64,000 nucleotides of DNA from Felis catus (taxonomy: Eukaryota): positions 106,642,001-106,706,000 of the forward strand of contig NC_058373.1 of NCBI RefSeq assembly GCF_018350175.1, read 5' to 3'. The translations under genes were made by a program, and so were the position numbers. This document shows, one piece after another, positions 14,020-28,876 of this stretch; the first letter of the stretch is position 1; the number at the start of each line of letters is the position of its first letter. The notes under the pieces were generated by a model. It was not told the origin of the DNA. It was given only the letters and a program-made list of their open reading frames with translations, and ran no database searches.

Positions 14020-16660
14020 TATTTATTGAAGTATAATTTATATATAATAAAACTCTCCAGGTTAAGTGTACAGTTTCATGGGTTTTGACAAATGTATTCG
14101 GTCACGTAACCATTCCTTCAATGGAAGTATTCCCATCCCAGAAACTTGTATCTTGTTATAATACCCTCCCTCCGCCCCCACACACACACCCTAGGTCCTG
14201 GAAACAACACTGATCTGCTTTCTATCCCTATAAGTTTGCCTTTTTCTAAAATTTCATATGATTACAATCATATAGTAAGGAGTCTTTTGTATCTGGCTTC
14301 TTTCACTTAGCATAATTCTTTTGAGATTCATCTATGTAGTTGCAAGTGTCAGTAATTCATTTCATTTTACTGCTGTGTTGTATACCATCATATAGATTAT
14401 ATGACAGTTGCTTATCCATTTTTTGTGTTCTTTAATCTATTTTAGGGTATATTAAGATCAAAGACAATATAATCATCTGTTAATCTGTGAGAGCAAAAAA
14501 AAATATGGAGGGTATTATAGATAGAAAAATCCCCAGAATAATCTTATCTTTTTATTCATTTATTATTGATGAGCCATGGGGTTGTTTCCAGTTTGTGGTT
14601 AGTTTGATCAAAACTGCAATGAACATTTCATTTATACACATCATTTATATTGGGGGCTATTCATATTTTTCAACAACTTTACTGAAATGCAGTTTACATA
14701 CCATATTCACTCATTTTAAGTGTATAATTTTTACTAAGTTTGTAACTGTGCAACTATCACCGCAACATACTTTTAGAACGTTTGCATCACACACCAGAAA
14801 TATCCATCATTGTCCATTTGCAGCCAGTTCCCTTTCCCACCTCTAGCTCTAAGAAACCATTAATCCATTTTCTGTAGAGTTGTGTTTTCTAGACATTTCC
14901 TATAAATAGAATCATATAATATGTAGTCTTTTGTATCTGACTTCTTACTTAGCATAATGTTTCTGAGGTTCAGCATGTATTCATAGTTCATTCCTTTCTA
15001 AGGCTGAATATGTTAGGTATTGCATTGTATTGCTCTGCCACATGACGTTAATCCATTCAATAGTTGATGGACATTTGGATTGTTTATATTTTGAGGCTAG
15101 TATTAATAATGCTGCTAAAACATTTGTGTAGAAGTATTTGCAAGCACTTGTATTTTTCTCTTGGGTAGAAACCAGAGTGGAATTCTGGGTCATAGAGTAA
15201 TTTCATGTTTAACTTTTTAAGAAAATGCCAGAACTGGTTTCCAAAGTGGTTGCACCATTTTACATTACTGAAAACAGTTTATGAAGATTCTCATTTCTCC
15301 ACATCCTCACCAATACTTGTTACTGTCTTTTTTATTACAACCATTCTAGTAGATTTGAAGTGGTATCCCATTCATTTATAAGCATTTTCTGTCAATGACT
15401 TGGTTTTTCATTTTCTTAAATGGTGTCTTTTAAAGGAATTTAAATTTTGATAAAGTCCAACTTACTAACTTTTTCTCCTACAGATAGTGATTTTGGTGTT
15501 GTATCTAACAACTCCTTGTCTAATCTAAGGTCACAAAGATTTTGTCATGTTTTATTCAAAAAGGTTTATGTTTTTTCTCTTACATTCAGGACACATTTCT
15601 CATACATTTATGCATGTTATGAAGTAAAATGTTAGTTCTAAATTCATCATTTTACATGTGGACATCTATTTGTTTAAGGTACTACCCGTGGGGCATGTGG
15701 GTTGCTCAGTCGGTTAAGCAAGTAACTCTTGATTTCGGCTCAGGTCATGATCTCACACTTGTGAGATCAAGCCCCAAGTCGGGCTCTGTGCTGGGCATGG
15801 ACTCTGCTTAAGATTCTCTCTCACCCTCATCCCTTGCCCATGCCAGTGCTCTCTCTCTCTCTCCCCCCCCCCAAAAAATAAATAAAATAAAATAAAATAA
15901 AATAATAAAAATAAATAAAATACTACCCTTTCCCCCACTGAATTGTCTTGTTACCTTTGTTGCAAATCAATTGACCATAACTGTAAAAGTTTATTCCTGA
16001 ACTCTAAATTATATTCCATTGGTCTGTCTCTCCTTTTGCCAGTACCAGACTGGTTTGATTACTAAAACTTAAAAGTTTTGGTGTCATAGATTATAAGTCC
16101 TCCAACTTGGTTCTTTTTAAAGATTGTTTTGGATATTCTGAGTTCTTCACATTTCCTTATAAATAAACATCTTAGAATAAGATGGTTTTTTTTTTTTTTT
16201 CTGGGGGGAGAAATCTGCTGGACTTTTGATGCAGATTGCCTGGAATCTATTAATCGTTTTGAGGAAAACTGCCATTTTAGTAACATTGAGCCTTCTAATC
16301 AATAAACATTGAATATTTCTCCACTTATATAGATCTTTAATTTAGCTCAGCAATGTTTTGTAGTTTTCTGTGTATATATTTTATGTTGCTTTTGTTAAAT
16401 TTCTTCTGAAGTATTTTGTTCTTTTTTATTCTATTGTGAGTAAAATTCTTAATTTCGTGCTCAGTTTATTGATGACATGTAGACATTCAGTTAATTTTTA
16501 ATATTAATTTTTATCTTCTGATCTTGCTGAACTCATTTATTACTGCAATAATAGTTTTTTGGTGGATTCCTTAGGATTTCCTAAATACAAAATCATGTCA
16601 TCTGAGAATAAAGATGGTTTTATTTATTCTTTTCCAATCCGAATGCATCTTTTTTTCTTG
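14020..16660 (-). mobile_element. Nested old L1 (L1MA/MB-like) fragments, 3' UTR to ORF2, with a Can-SINE at ~15690-15920 (+)
   Basis: antisense L1 3' UTR motifs (ttcacttagcata, ttccaaagtggttgcaccatttt) and ORF2 remnants (ORF 16062..16286). Confidence 0.8.
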
Positions 16661-16819
16661 CTTGATTGCGCAGGCATTTGCTTTTCATTTCAAGTAATTC
16701 TTTCTGTACTTCGTCTTTACTATATAAAAATAGTTTTTATTTTAAGAATAAAAAGTGATCATTATATAAAATACAAAGATAATATTATTTAATTCTGATA
16801 TACTAGTAAATTTTTTTAA

Positions 16820-17053
<234 letters not shown>

Positions 17054-18871
17054 TAGCAACACTGTCAGTGTGTTTATTATTAAAAATTGATTTGGTAATC
17101 CTGTTTTAATATGCAAATATTAGCATCAACATTTACGCAAAACAGATTGACACAAATATTTAGTAATCGCTAATGGGTTTTTCTTGGGTTATTTACATAA
17201 ATAATGTAAATGCAATATTCTAGGGCTAGAGAATACTGCATCTGTAGCCCTAGAAAATGCAATGTGCTGGCACTATATATGGTATTACATCATAATTTAT
17301 TTTTATATCACAGTTCAGTTAAAAAACCAATAGAAAGTAACCAGTGAGAAATTCACAAGTAATTATTAAACCCAGAATTGGGCTAAGCACTAAGAAATAT
17401 ACAGAAACACTATATTATTTTAATTATATATAAAATCATTGCTCTAAAGCAATTTAAGATCTACCTGTGGCAATATACTGAAAGAAAGATGATCAGTTCT
17501 GAGTAACTATGCATTTCTAATTTAAGTGCAATAAGGTTAGAGAAAAGAGAAATTGAAACATATATGGGACTCTTTGAAAGACTGATAGAACTTAGATGGA
17601 AGGTGAACAGAGTTGTAAATCTTTAGAAAAGTAGAATGAGAAGAAAAAAACAGTTTGAAACAATAATTATTTAATGGCACAGAAGAAAGGTTGGAGGATC
17701 CAGCACTGAGACATGTGGGAAGATATCTGTATAGTTGATCTGAGTATGGTAACATTTTTCTGAAAGACAGGCTTTTCTAGATCATATATTTAAAATTTTA
17801 ATGCATCTTTTTGCCTATCAAAGGTGCTTATGAGTTGCTTCAAGACCATGGAGACTTAGCCTTAAAAGACCAAGAAACAGAGCACAACAATAACAAATTT
17901 TTTAAGATACACTGATGTACAAAAAAAAACAAACAACTTAGCCCTGGAAAGTTTATTTTAATCTAAGAATATAAAAGGGAGTGTGTTCTCTTGCTGTGTC
18001 TAGCATGACAAATCAGAGTGGAGCAGCCTTATGCAGGAGGTGAGGCAGTTGACTCTGACAATAATGGCTACCATTAATTGGGTCATTAGGTAAAGTATTT
18101 GTTTGCATAGATTATCTCACAAAATCTACACAGCAATTCAACATGGTAAATAATTTTACCATAAAAAAAACCATAATTTTTTATGCATTTTGCAAAAAAA
18201 GAAATTGAATCTCAGTGGGGTTAAATGATTTACCTAAGTTTGCACTAGTTAATGGTTTTCACCAGTGAATGGTATGAAACACAGCTCTGTCTGATTCCAA
18301 AGCACATGCATTTTCTATCCACACAAAAGACATAGTAAGGGTCTGGGCTAGAGTCGTGTCAGTGGGAAGGGTGAGTAAAAGGTGACTCCAAAATACATTT
18401 TAAAAGAAGGAAATATTAGGACTTACTGACTAATTAAACATATAAGGAGATGAAAAATAGTTCAAGAGGTTTTCATGATTTCATTAGGAGACTGGGCAAA
18501 AGGAGGTACTAAAGCTAAATAAAGTCATTGTGAAAGGCTGCTACTCTGTAGTAAGGAATGATCAGGTTGTGTTATGACAATTTTGAGATGTAAAAATGGA
18601 AACTTTTTCAAGCAGTAGTAATGGACCACAAGTCAAGACTAAAAATTATACCAAAGGAGGTGACAAGTGGAGTCATAAGTGTATGTGCTTACTTAGGAAG
18701 TAAACATAGAGAAAGAATAAAAGGCCAAAAGAGATGTGGAGACACTCCCTCCCCTTATATACATCCCACTAATCCCCTGACCCAGCATTAAGAAGGCTGG
18801 AGAAATAAGACCCAGTAAAGCAATCATATAAGAAATGTTGAAAGAAAACCAAGAAATGCAAACCTTAGGCC

Positions 18872-18971
18872 ATTTTTTTTTAAGTAGGCTCCACACCCAA
18901 CGTGGGGTTTGAACTTATGACCCTGTGATCAAGAGTCACATGATCTACCGGCTGAGCCAGCCAGATTTCCC
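18872..18971 (-). mobile_element. Short Can-SINE
   Basis: ggctccacacccaacgtgggg...gatcaagagtcaca...gagccagcca; TSD ccaagaaat. Confidence 0.8.
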
Positions 18972-20199
18972 AAGAAATATAAACTCTAAATATCAGAAAA
19001 AGAAAGGATGAACAGCCTCAAAGTCAAATGATAGGAAGAATAAGGTCTTTGAAAAAAATACTGAATGTAGAAACTGGATTAAACAAAAAGAACAACATTG
19101 GTAATTGTCAGATCAGATTTGTAAACATGCAAAGAGCAAAAATCAAAGTGAAAACAGTGTAGAGGGAAGTGGTTGGATGGGCAGTGAAGATAACAGAGGT
19201 TGCATACTTGAGGAGCTTGTCCGTAAAAAGCAGGTAAGAGGTCAGAAGGTGGCTAGTGAAGTTATGAGCATATTTGGAGGTTTATAAAGAGGTGAGTTAG
19301 GTTAAAGACTGAACAGGAGGAGATGATTCTGAGATCAATCAAAGGGAGTACACAAATAAAAGCAATGATAAGATGAACCCTGGCCAGGGTCCACAAGAGA
19401 GAGATTATGAACCAAACTGTCACCTGTTATGTTAAATTTGCAAGAAGATGAGGAAGGTGAATCTTGGGGGAAGGGCAGAGTGAGGCTGTATGGTAGCAAG
19501 TTAGAATTTTAAGGATTAGGAGTCAAATTTATCTAAAACATAACTATTTAGTTGAATAAGCGTGAGTTTTTCAAACAATGGTTAATGTTCCTAGTTAAAG
19601 AAATGTAAGATCCCTGAAATCACATTCAGCATAGTTTGGGAGTTTTCTTTCTTAAATATGTTTAATGAGCCTTCTAAAATGAATCCTGGCCAAAAGTATG
19701 CTATGGCAGACATTATTCAGTACTTGAAGCTATCCCATAATGATTTTTATACCACTGGCCTCAAAATATCAAAGGTGACAGTCTAAATGCATAATTTCAT
19801 GAAAGTAATATATTAACACAACTGAGTCTCTTTTCTCAATCTGACTTACATAAACTTTCTTCATTTACAAGCAAGACACTGGTAAAGTTTCAAAGTCTGT
19901 GATTTAGTTCTGTGAACAATTTTATTGAAGGCTGTGATGTTATAAATTTCTCTAAAGAATAGAACAAAATAAATTTGCCATAGCTCACCAATTCTGAGAC
20001 ACCTGCTTCTTATTTTTTAACATATCTGAAATCTGACCATGCATTAATGGATAGCATGTCATAGTTTACCTAACCGAGTTTTTTTCTCTTAGTATACATA
20101 AAATACTGACCTATCTTGACAACTGTTATTGTCTTAAATTCAATGAAATACATTACATTTCAAGAAGAATTCCAACATCATGGAATCACACGTTCAGTC

Positions 20200-20575
20200 A
20201 TATGTTAGTTTGCTAGGGCTGCCATAACAAAGCACCACAGACTGGGTGGCTCAAACAACGTACTTATTTCCTCACAGTTCTAGAGATTAGAAGGGCAAGA
20301 TCAAGATGTCAGCAGGGTGAGTCACTTCTGAAGGCCTCTCTTTTTGGCTTTTAGATGACTTCTTTTCAGATGGTTTTCCCTCTATGTGCATCTGTGTCCT
20401 AATATCTTCTTATAAGAACACCAGTCATACTGGATTAGAGCCCACCCCAATGACCATAGCTGCCTCTTTAAAGACCCTACCCCCAAACAGAGCCACATTC
20501 TGAGGTACTAGGGTTAGGACTTCCACATACAAATTTGGTGGCGGCGGGGAGGATGTAACAATTCATCCCATAACA
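20200..20575. mobile_element. MLT1-type MaLR LTR
   Basis: tgttagtttgctagggctgccataacaaagcaccacagactgggtggct...attctgaggtactagggttaggact...ccataaca. Confidence 0.82.
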
Positions 20576-21355
20576 AACAAGGAAGATGAATAGTGAATGA
20601 AATATAGTGTGGCATAATAGAAGCAGCATTGAGCTTAAAATGTAAAAGGTCTAGGTCAGGCCACTTTTATGTCCCTGTGCAAGTCACTTAATTCCTCTGA
20701 CTCCCATTTTTCTGATTATTAAAAAATAATATTTTCCCTGTCCCATTTTGAGACTCTAGTAGAAAACACATTTAAAAGCATTTTGCCAAGTCAAGGGTCC
20801 TCTCATCATTATTATTAACACTTACAAAGCTATCGATTGCTACAGTAGAGAGAAATAATGGGTTGTAAAGGATTGAGATTTTATAGAATGTAATGTTTCA
20901 TTCATTTTTAATTTTTTAACGTGGCTGTGGTGCAAAAATATGTTGAGAAATAAATAACAGCATAATTAAGGTTTATTCTTCCAACTTAACACAACAAATT
21001 CATTTATTTTAAAAAATATTTAGATATACCTATTTGAATACCCATTAGAAAAATCAGATATACTCAAGAAGTATATCTTTTGCAGTGCTTTTTTGCAGTA
21101 CTTTTATACATCTACTTTTGTCAATACCAACTATTTTAGCACTTAATTACTGAACAGACAGATTGGGTCTATTCAGTACATCGTATACTTCACATCTTGA
21201 TCTCTCAAACGTAAAGGAAAAATTTTAGCAAATGTTATTTGATGATAATGCTACCTTCCCACAAACTGCACTTCTATTTCTCCTTGGAAATACGTTCTTT
21301 TTAGCATTTTACTTTTTAAAAAATCATTTGATAAAAAATATTTAAGTGAAGATAG

Positions 21356-21652
<297 letters not shown>

Positions 21653-24234
21653 TGAAATTACAAGACTTAGCTCCTCTGAACATAAAGCTTCCAAACACAT
21701 CAATGAAAACTTTGCTACTGTGTTACTTATCATTTATATGCCATGTAAATACTCCATGAAGCGGAGACATATAAATAGTCTGTGATGCAAAGATGTCCAC
21801 TCTGCTCCCAGATTTTAAACCCAACCAACCCTACATGTATCCACCTACTAAAAACAAGTTAGCTCTAAATGTTCTAAGGCTCCTCCAGCAGTCCTAAGAG
21901 ATCTCTTTTGTTCTTGACTGCTCTTGTTCCAAGCTATTTATTTCCACATCTCAATCCCAGACTTCCTCTGGTTCTTTAAACTTGGCATATGTCCTTGGTC
22001 TACCTGATATTGACTCAATTCCTGATAATGGACCTTGACCTGACTTTAATATTCCATCTCTACTGACTCAAGACTTTCTTATGTAAGGTCCTGCTTTAGT
22101 TTTACCCGTTCAGATTTCAACCTATCTCCAATGTCCTGTCCCAGTGAGCCTGACCAGACTCTCTGCCCAGACACAGTATGCAGATAAGAGGGTTGAAGGT
22201 ATATATAACCTTATACAGCCCTAACATTTCTCTCAGTGCTTTGGTGATAATCTGTTAGCCCACCTCTTACCAATTTTACTGCTTTTGCCTATATCTCTAA
22301 GACAACCTCAAAGACAAAATAAAATGTGGATTGTCAGCCAAGAACAGAGACCAAGTATATCTTCCCCACATTTGATCAGTATATAGCATAGTGCCTAGTA
22401 CACAGTAATTATGCAATCAATATTTGTTTGTGGCTCTACTTGCTACAGTTTAGAAAGTCTTTTCTATAGTGATATAAAAGCCTGTTCAAGGCTAGAAGGA
22501 AATCATGAGGACTGTCCTTTTCTACATAGCAACTAGGAAATATACATACAGAGAAAAATGGTATACAACTAATTTATCAAGGTTCAAACAACATTCATCT
22601 GAGAAAAGCCTTCCAAACTGGCCATGATTCTTGCAAAGCTTTATTCAGAGGAAATCTAAACTGGGAAAATTGCAATCCTATGGAAAATCTTTCCATTAAT
22701 AGCAACTGAACTGACACAAAGGATTGTCATATCAGACTTAACATGAATCAGATCATACCCAGTTTCAAGCTTTACTAATAATTTCAAGGATACACAGGGT
22801 CTGGGACATTACTGTGGCTTCTCAGATCCTTTCTTTCTACATACTGTCTAGCTTACATTGAAATATAAGATCTCCAAGGGAGATTATGTGTGACAGATTT
22901 TGTGTGAGTGATCTCTTATAACAAGGGAGTGTTTCATTTATGAAATACCTCCACTTTATACTTGAGCTTACATGATATTTTATAGGGAGCCATGCCTGAT
23001 AATTCTATACTTTTAGGTTTATTTGCTCTAAGCAGTCCTTAACCAGGGAGGTACTGCTAAGAGCATCTCATAAATAAGGACCTTTTTCCTAGTAAATATC
23101 ATTGGTCCATTTGACAGCACAGCTATTTATCAGCATAACAGAGAGATGAGACCAGGGAACCTGCTTTTTCCCAGGAGTATCTGTGCCCCCCCTCCCCACC
23201 CTCCCAAATCCCTACAGGAATGAATGAATGGCAGAATGGTTATTGTAACAACTTCCTCTCTAGTAACTCAAGCAGGATAATGCCCAGTCAAGGTTATTTT
23301 TTTTATCAAAATTTAATATAGCTAATGGACAAACTATATGATAAACCATGGGAAATTATACATACGTCACCGAGTGAAGGGGTATTGATTGTTTAGTGAT
23401 CAGTCCTCTTTTGTTTATTTTTATTCTTGAAATAGTATTTTTCCTAGAACTTAGATTGATCATTATACCATCAAACTTATTCTATTAATATTATAGTACC
23501 TTAACATGAACATACATTCAGCTGGTAAAAATGAACTGAGATGTGTAAAAAGGTTAAGTTAGAGATTCTGTTTAACTGAAAATATTATGTTCTTCAAAAT
23601 TGTAAACTCCCCATTCAAATTTTCTTTGGGGGAGAGATTTTTTTCCTCTGTATTCGTACCAACGTGGGTAGGTGACACCAGCATCAACTTCTACAAATGG
23701 GCAATCAGATCAACCCTTGGGTTAATAAAGACTTCTAGAATAGAAGGGAAAAGGCTTAGAAAAATTAGGAAAACACTTCAAATGAAGGTATATGCAGCCC
23801 TACATTAACCTACTTTAAAATCTTTCATAAACTGCATATCCCTGATAACAGATTCTAGTGTGAAGCTTTTCACTTAGCCATCATGACCCATAATGTAGAT
23901 TTGGAAAATTGCTGCCTGTAGTCCTGCCCTTGCAAGTAAAATACCAGAAACACAACTGAAAGGTGAGTTATTTAATTCAGCTTTACAGTCCTAGTTGATT
24001 CCTGTGTCTAAATGACTCCCCTATCTGGCATCAGACAACCGTGTCTACTTTTAAACATCCCAGTAATCACCTGAAGCTGGAAATGACTCTAGGAAATAGT
24101 CCATTGCTATTTCTTGCCCTAAATGAAAGGCCCCAATCTGAGCCTAACTAGCTGCTACCTAAGCTATTACTATGATTGCCATAAGTGCTTATTCTGAGAA
24201 TGTACTCAAAAGACAACAACCATTATATTTTGGT

Positions 24235-24405
24235 TAATGTTGAGCATCTGACTTCAGCTCAGCTCATGATCTCATGGTTCATGAGTTCAAGCCCTGCAAC
24301 AGGCTCTCTGCTGTCAGCTCTGAGCCTGCTTCGGATCCTCTGTCCCCCTCTCTTTCTACACCTCCCCCACTCATGCTCCCTCTTTCAAAAATAAAAAAAT
24401 AAACA

Positions 24406-24437
<32 letters not shown>

Positions 24438-24440
24438 ATG
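24235..24440 (+). mobile_element. 5'-truncated Can-SINE with (AAAT)n tail
   Basis: SINE body and AAAT tandem tail. Confidence 0.85.
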
Positions 24441-25518
24441 GGAAGCCATTAGCCCTCTTTCCCAATTATGAACATATTAGTTTTCTTGATATATCTTTAC
24501 ACCAGCATTATCATCCACATATTTAACTCTGTTTCTCATATTAATATCTTGACATCTTTGATTAGAAATACTTCACTACTAAACACTGTTGTACTCTGTT
24601 TCATTTGACAAGATGATTGAGGAAAAGACTTTTCATATTTCTATGCTTTCCAGTCATGCTTTGCTTCCACAAATAGGAACTACCTGTGGGTCAAATACAT
24701 AATATCTCTATAGATAACTGACTGTCAGAGATTTTCCAAAGTCGTCCTAAATTTATGAGACTTCTATGATCAAAATTGAAAAGATCAATCACTGTAGTCA
24801 AATTCTACTTTCAAATGGTCTAAAATAGGTCTAAATGTTTTTATAGTTAGTAGATGAATTGGCTATGTCTACTTGTCAATCCAAATAAGAATAGGAGCAT
24901 ATCAATAACTTTATGTTATTACTATAAACTAGCAGCAAACTGAAGCTGAGCTTGTTGCCTAAATTTTTACAGAAATAGCATATAAAAAATAATTTTGCAA
25001 AACTTAAGATATACTCACAAAGTTTCACCAATGATAAATAGACAATGTTAAATAATCCCATCCATACAGAAGACAAGTCATTCAACCAGAAAAATGGTTT
25101 TTCAACTGTAAATACTCCCAGAAAGTATATCAGGATGCAGTCCATTCAGTATCACATGTGCCTTTATGGCTAAGGTGTGTTTAAAATTATTTAGACTGGA
25201 TTCACCTTCTTTTCCACACTTCTGGGTCAATCCTCTGGGGAATTAACCAACTATAATCTCAGCTTTAGATCATAACTTTTCTGAGAAGAAATTTGGTCTT
25301 TTCTTGCAAGTGCTGCTATATGGCCTATATCCCATGTTAGAATATTGTCTTTACCAATCATGCATTTTGAATTAATTGTACATAGATCTGTCTTTAATCA
25401 ACATTACAGGATTTGTCACTCAAGCTCACTTTGGAGAATTCAGCCATGAGCTAGCTGTAGTCCAACACTTACATATGATTACTTCAAATCAGTGTATATT
25501 TGAAGATTTTGGATCTAA

Positions 25519-25659
<141 letters not shown>

Positions 25660-27047
25660 TAGTTGTATATAATTAATTTTTATATGTGAGAATTTTTTTA
25701 TCTGTTCCCATATGTATAGACAGTTATCCAAGCACAATTTATTGAATACTGTCCTCTTACAACTTGTTATAATATAATTTTCCATTGTCACATATAAAAG
25801 GATCTGTTTCCAGATTCTATGTTGTATTCATTGGACTATTGTCAATCCCTGTACCAGTATTATACTGTGTTAATTATTAAAGTTTTATATTAAGTTTTGG
25901 TGTCCAGGAGAATAAGCACCTCCAATTTTCCTTCTCTTCCTCCTTCTCCTCTTTTTCTTTCTTCACTGTCGTGGCTGTTCTTGGCCCTTTACACTTCCTA
26001 TGAGTTTAAGGAAACAGCTTTTGAAGCTATGTGAGAGTCTTATTGACATTTTAATTGGACTTGTATTGAATATATAAATTAATTTGGGGAGAAATTTGCC
26101 ATATTTGCCTGTTGGAGGCTTTGGAAGGATTAAATAGGTAGCAGTTTTATTTACCTAACATCTGAACAAATTGATAAATATGACAGTGGCAGATAGAGAG
26201 GTGAAAATACTTTGCTTACCTTCGTGAGAAAGCCAAATGGGCGTGCTAACAGATCCCAGAAATAAGCAATCATCATCACCTGGTAACAGGAAATGCTTGA
26301 GTGAATTCTTTCCACATAGGAGGAGAGCTTCTGCTGGAGGAACAGCAGGCATTCTCCTAGCAATAAATTCCTTCCCAAGACAGGAAAGACAAGAGCTAAA
26401 CATGCCCAGTCTAACCTTCCCAGGTTTATCAATTAAGTCACCCTGCTCCTCTTGGTGGAAGAGTGAGGGGTTGAGAGAGCCCACTAGTGCCACATCACAG
26501 AGCTATTTCCACCAAGAGAGAAGTAATAATAAGAGTCTCCCCTAATATTTGTAGTATTTAGACTTCCCATTCATAAGCGTGAATGTCCCTACATTTATTT
26601 TATGTTCTTCAATAAAATGTATAGTTTTCTCCTAAAAGTTTTAATCATCTGTGGTTTGATTTATTCTGTTGTTTTAATAGCTACTTTGAACAATATCTTT
26701 TTACATTTTTCTAATTATTTGTGGCTGAAGTACAGCAATTCTGAGTTTTGCATTGTTCTGATTTTTGCATGCTACTCTTTAGGAACCTTGTTGAATGAAC
26801 TCTCTTTTTAGTTCTAATGGGTTGTAAATTTTGTTGGATTTTCTCTGTAGACTATCATATTATCTACAAATAATGACTATTATTTCTTTCCAATCCTTAC
26901 ATTTTTAAAATTTTCTTTACTTAGTGTGTTGACTAGGACCTCTAGTACAGTGTTGAATGAAAGCATTGATAGTAGGTTATTGACTTCAAAAATATGAGTT
27001 TTTTGTACATTATGGGTAGATAATCTTCAACATTTTAAAGAAGCTCC

Positions 27048-27249
27048 TTTTTTTAAGTTTATTTATTCCTGAGAGAGACTGTACAGGTGGGGGAGGGGCA
27101 GTGAGAGAGGGAGAGAGAGAGAATCCTAAGTAGGCTCCCCACCATTAGCGTGGAGTCAACGCGGGGCTCCAACTCAGGAATCATGAGATGATGACCTGAG
27201 TCGAAACCAATAGTCAGATGTTCAAACAACTAAGCAACCCAGGGGCCCC
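27048..27249 (-). mobile_element. Can-SINE
   Basis: SINE consensus; TSD gaagctccttt. Confidence 0.88.
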
Positions 27250-27628
27250 AAGGAAGCTCCTTTCTAATTGCAGTTTACTACCTGTTTTTATCATGAATGG
27301 TCATTGGATTTTGACTAATTGGCAATTCTGTTTTTCTCTTTAATCTGTTAATATGTAAATTATATTAATAGACTCCAGTGTTAAACTGTCATTAATCCAG
27401 TGCTGAATACTATTTATTTGGTCATGTTTTATGCTTTGCTGGATTCAGTTTGCCAAGATTTCATGTAGTATATCTGTATTTATGGAAATAAGTAAAGTTA
27501 TCCTATAATTATCTTCTTATGCTATTCTTTTAAATTCATCAAGGTTGTTCTTGCCTCATAAAATTAACTGGGAACTCTCTCCCTCTCTCTCTTGCTAGTC
27601 TATGAATTAGCATATATAAGAAAAATTC

Positions 27629-27935
27629 CTCTCTGCCCCTCCCCCGTTCATGCTCTGTCTCTCTGTCCCCAAAATAAATAAACGTTAAAAAAAAATTAAA
27701 AAAAAAAAGGGAGCGCCTGGGTGGCTCAGTCGGTTAAGCGTCCGACTTCAGCCAGGTCACGATCTCGCGGTCCGTGAGTTCGAGCCCCGCGTCAGGCTCT
27801 GGGCTGATGGCTCAGAGCCTGGAGCCTGTTTCAGATTCTGTGTCTCCCTCTCTCTCTGCCCCTCCCCCGTTCATGCTGTGTCTCTCTCTGTCCCAAAAAT
27901 AAATAAACGTTAAAAAAAAAAATTAAAAAAAAAAA
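27629..27935 (+). mobile_element. Truncated plus full-length young Can-SINE tandem
   Basis: 3' SINE half (27629-27708) then a full SINE; outer TSD aagaaaaattc. Confidence 0.9.
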
Positions 27936-28833
27936 AGAAAAATTCATTCATTTGAATCGGGGCTCAATATTTTTTGAAGTTAGGTTTTAAACTACTTATT
28001 CAAATTCTTTAATGGCTATAAATCTAGTAATGTTTTCTATTTCTTCAAAAGTCAGTATTGAGAAGTTATATTCTTCTATAAACTTGTAATTTTTTATACA
28101 TTTTAAATGTATTACTATATAATATTCTCCTGAATTTTAAAAATGTCCTCTATATTTATGTTTTGTCACCTTTTTTATACCTAAATTTGTTGATTTTTAC
28201 TTTTTCTCTTTTATTCTTGGTAAGTCTTGCTTAAGACTTATTTTGTTTATCGTATTAGTATCTCCAAAGAACCATATTTTGGATTTATCAAGTGGTTTAT
28301 TTTTGTTTTTTATTTCACTAAGCCCTACCCTTGTTTCCATCTTTCAGTTTCTTGGAGTTTACTTTTTTAAACATTTTTAACATTATTATTAAAACTATTT
28401 TTAGCATAATACTGATTCTGTGGTTCAGCTTTTATTTGTTTTAAGTTTTTATTTTACTTCCAGTTAGTTGGCATACAGTGTTATAGTGGTTGCAGTTGTA
28501 CAATGTAGTGATTCCACACTTAAATACATAACCTGATGCTCATTACAAGTGCACTTCTTAATCCCCATCCCCTATTTAACCCATTCCCCCACCCACCTCC
28601 CTTCTGGTAACCATCTGATTGTTCTCTATAGTTAAGAGTCTGTTTCTTGCTTTACTTCTCTCTCTCTTTTTACCCCTTTGCTCATTTTTTTTCTTAAATT
28701 CCACATATGAGTGAAATCATATGGTATTTGTCTTTCTCTGCCTGACTTATTTCACTTCACATTATACTCTCTAGGTCCATCCATGTCATTTCAAATGGCA
28801 AGATTTCATTCTTTTTTATGGCTGAGTAATATT

Positions 28834-28835
<2 letters not shown>

Positions 28836-28873
<38 letters not shown>

Positions 28874-28876
28874 TGT
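28836..28876. repeat. (TG)n microsatellite within L1 3' UTR
   Basis: seen directly. Confidence 0.95.

Larger units (their letters stand above)
25690..28362 (-). mobile_element. Old L1 ORF2 fragment interrupted by an orphan insert and SINEs; resumes after ~32757
   Basis: antisense ORF2 motifs (taatttgggga, actaggacctctagtacagtgttgaat, ctggattcagtttg, aagaacca). Confidence 0.72.
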
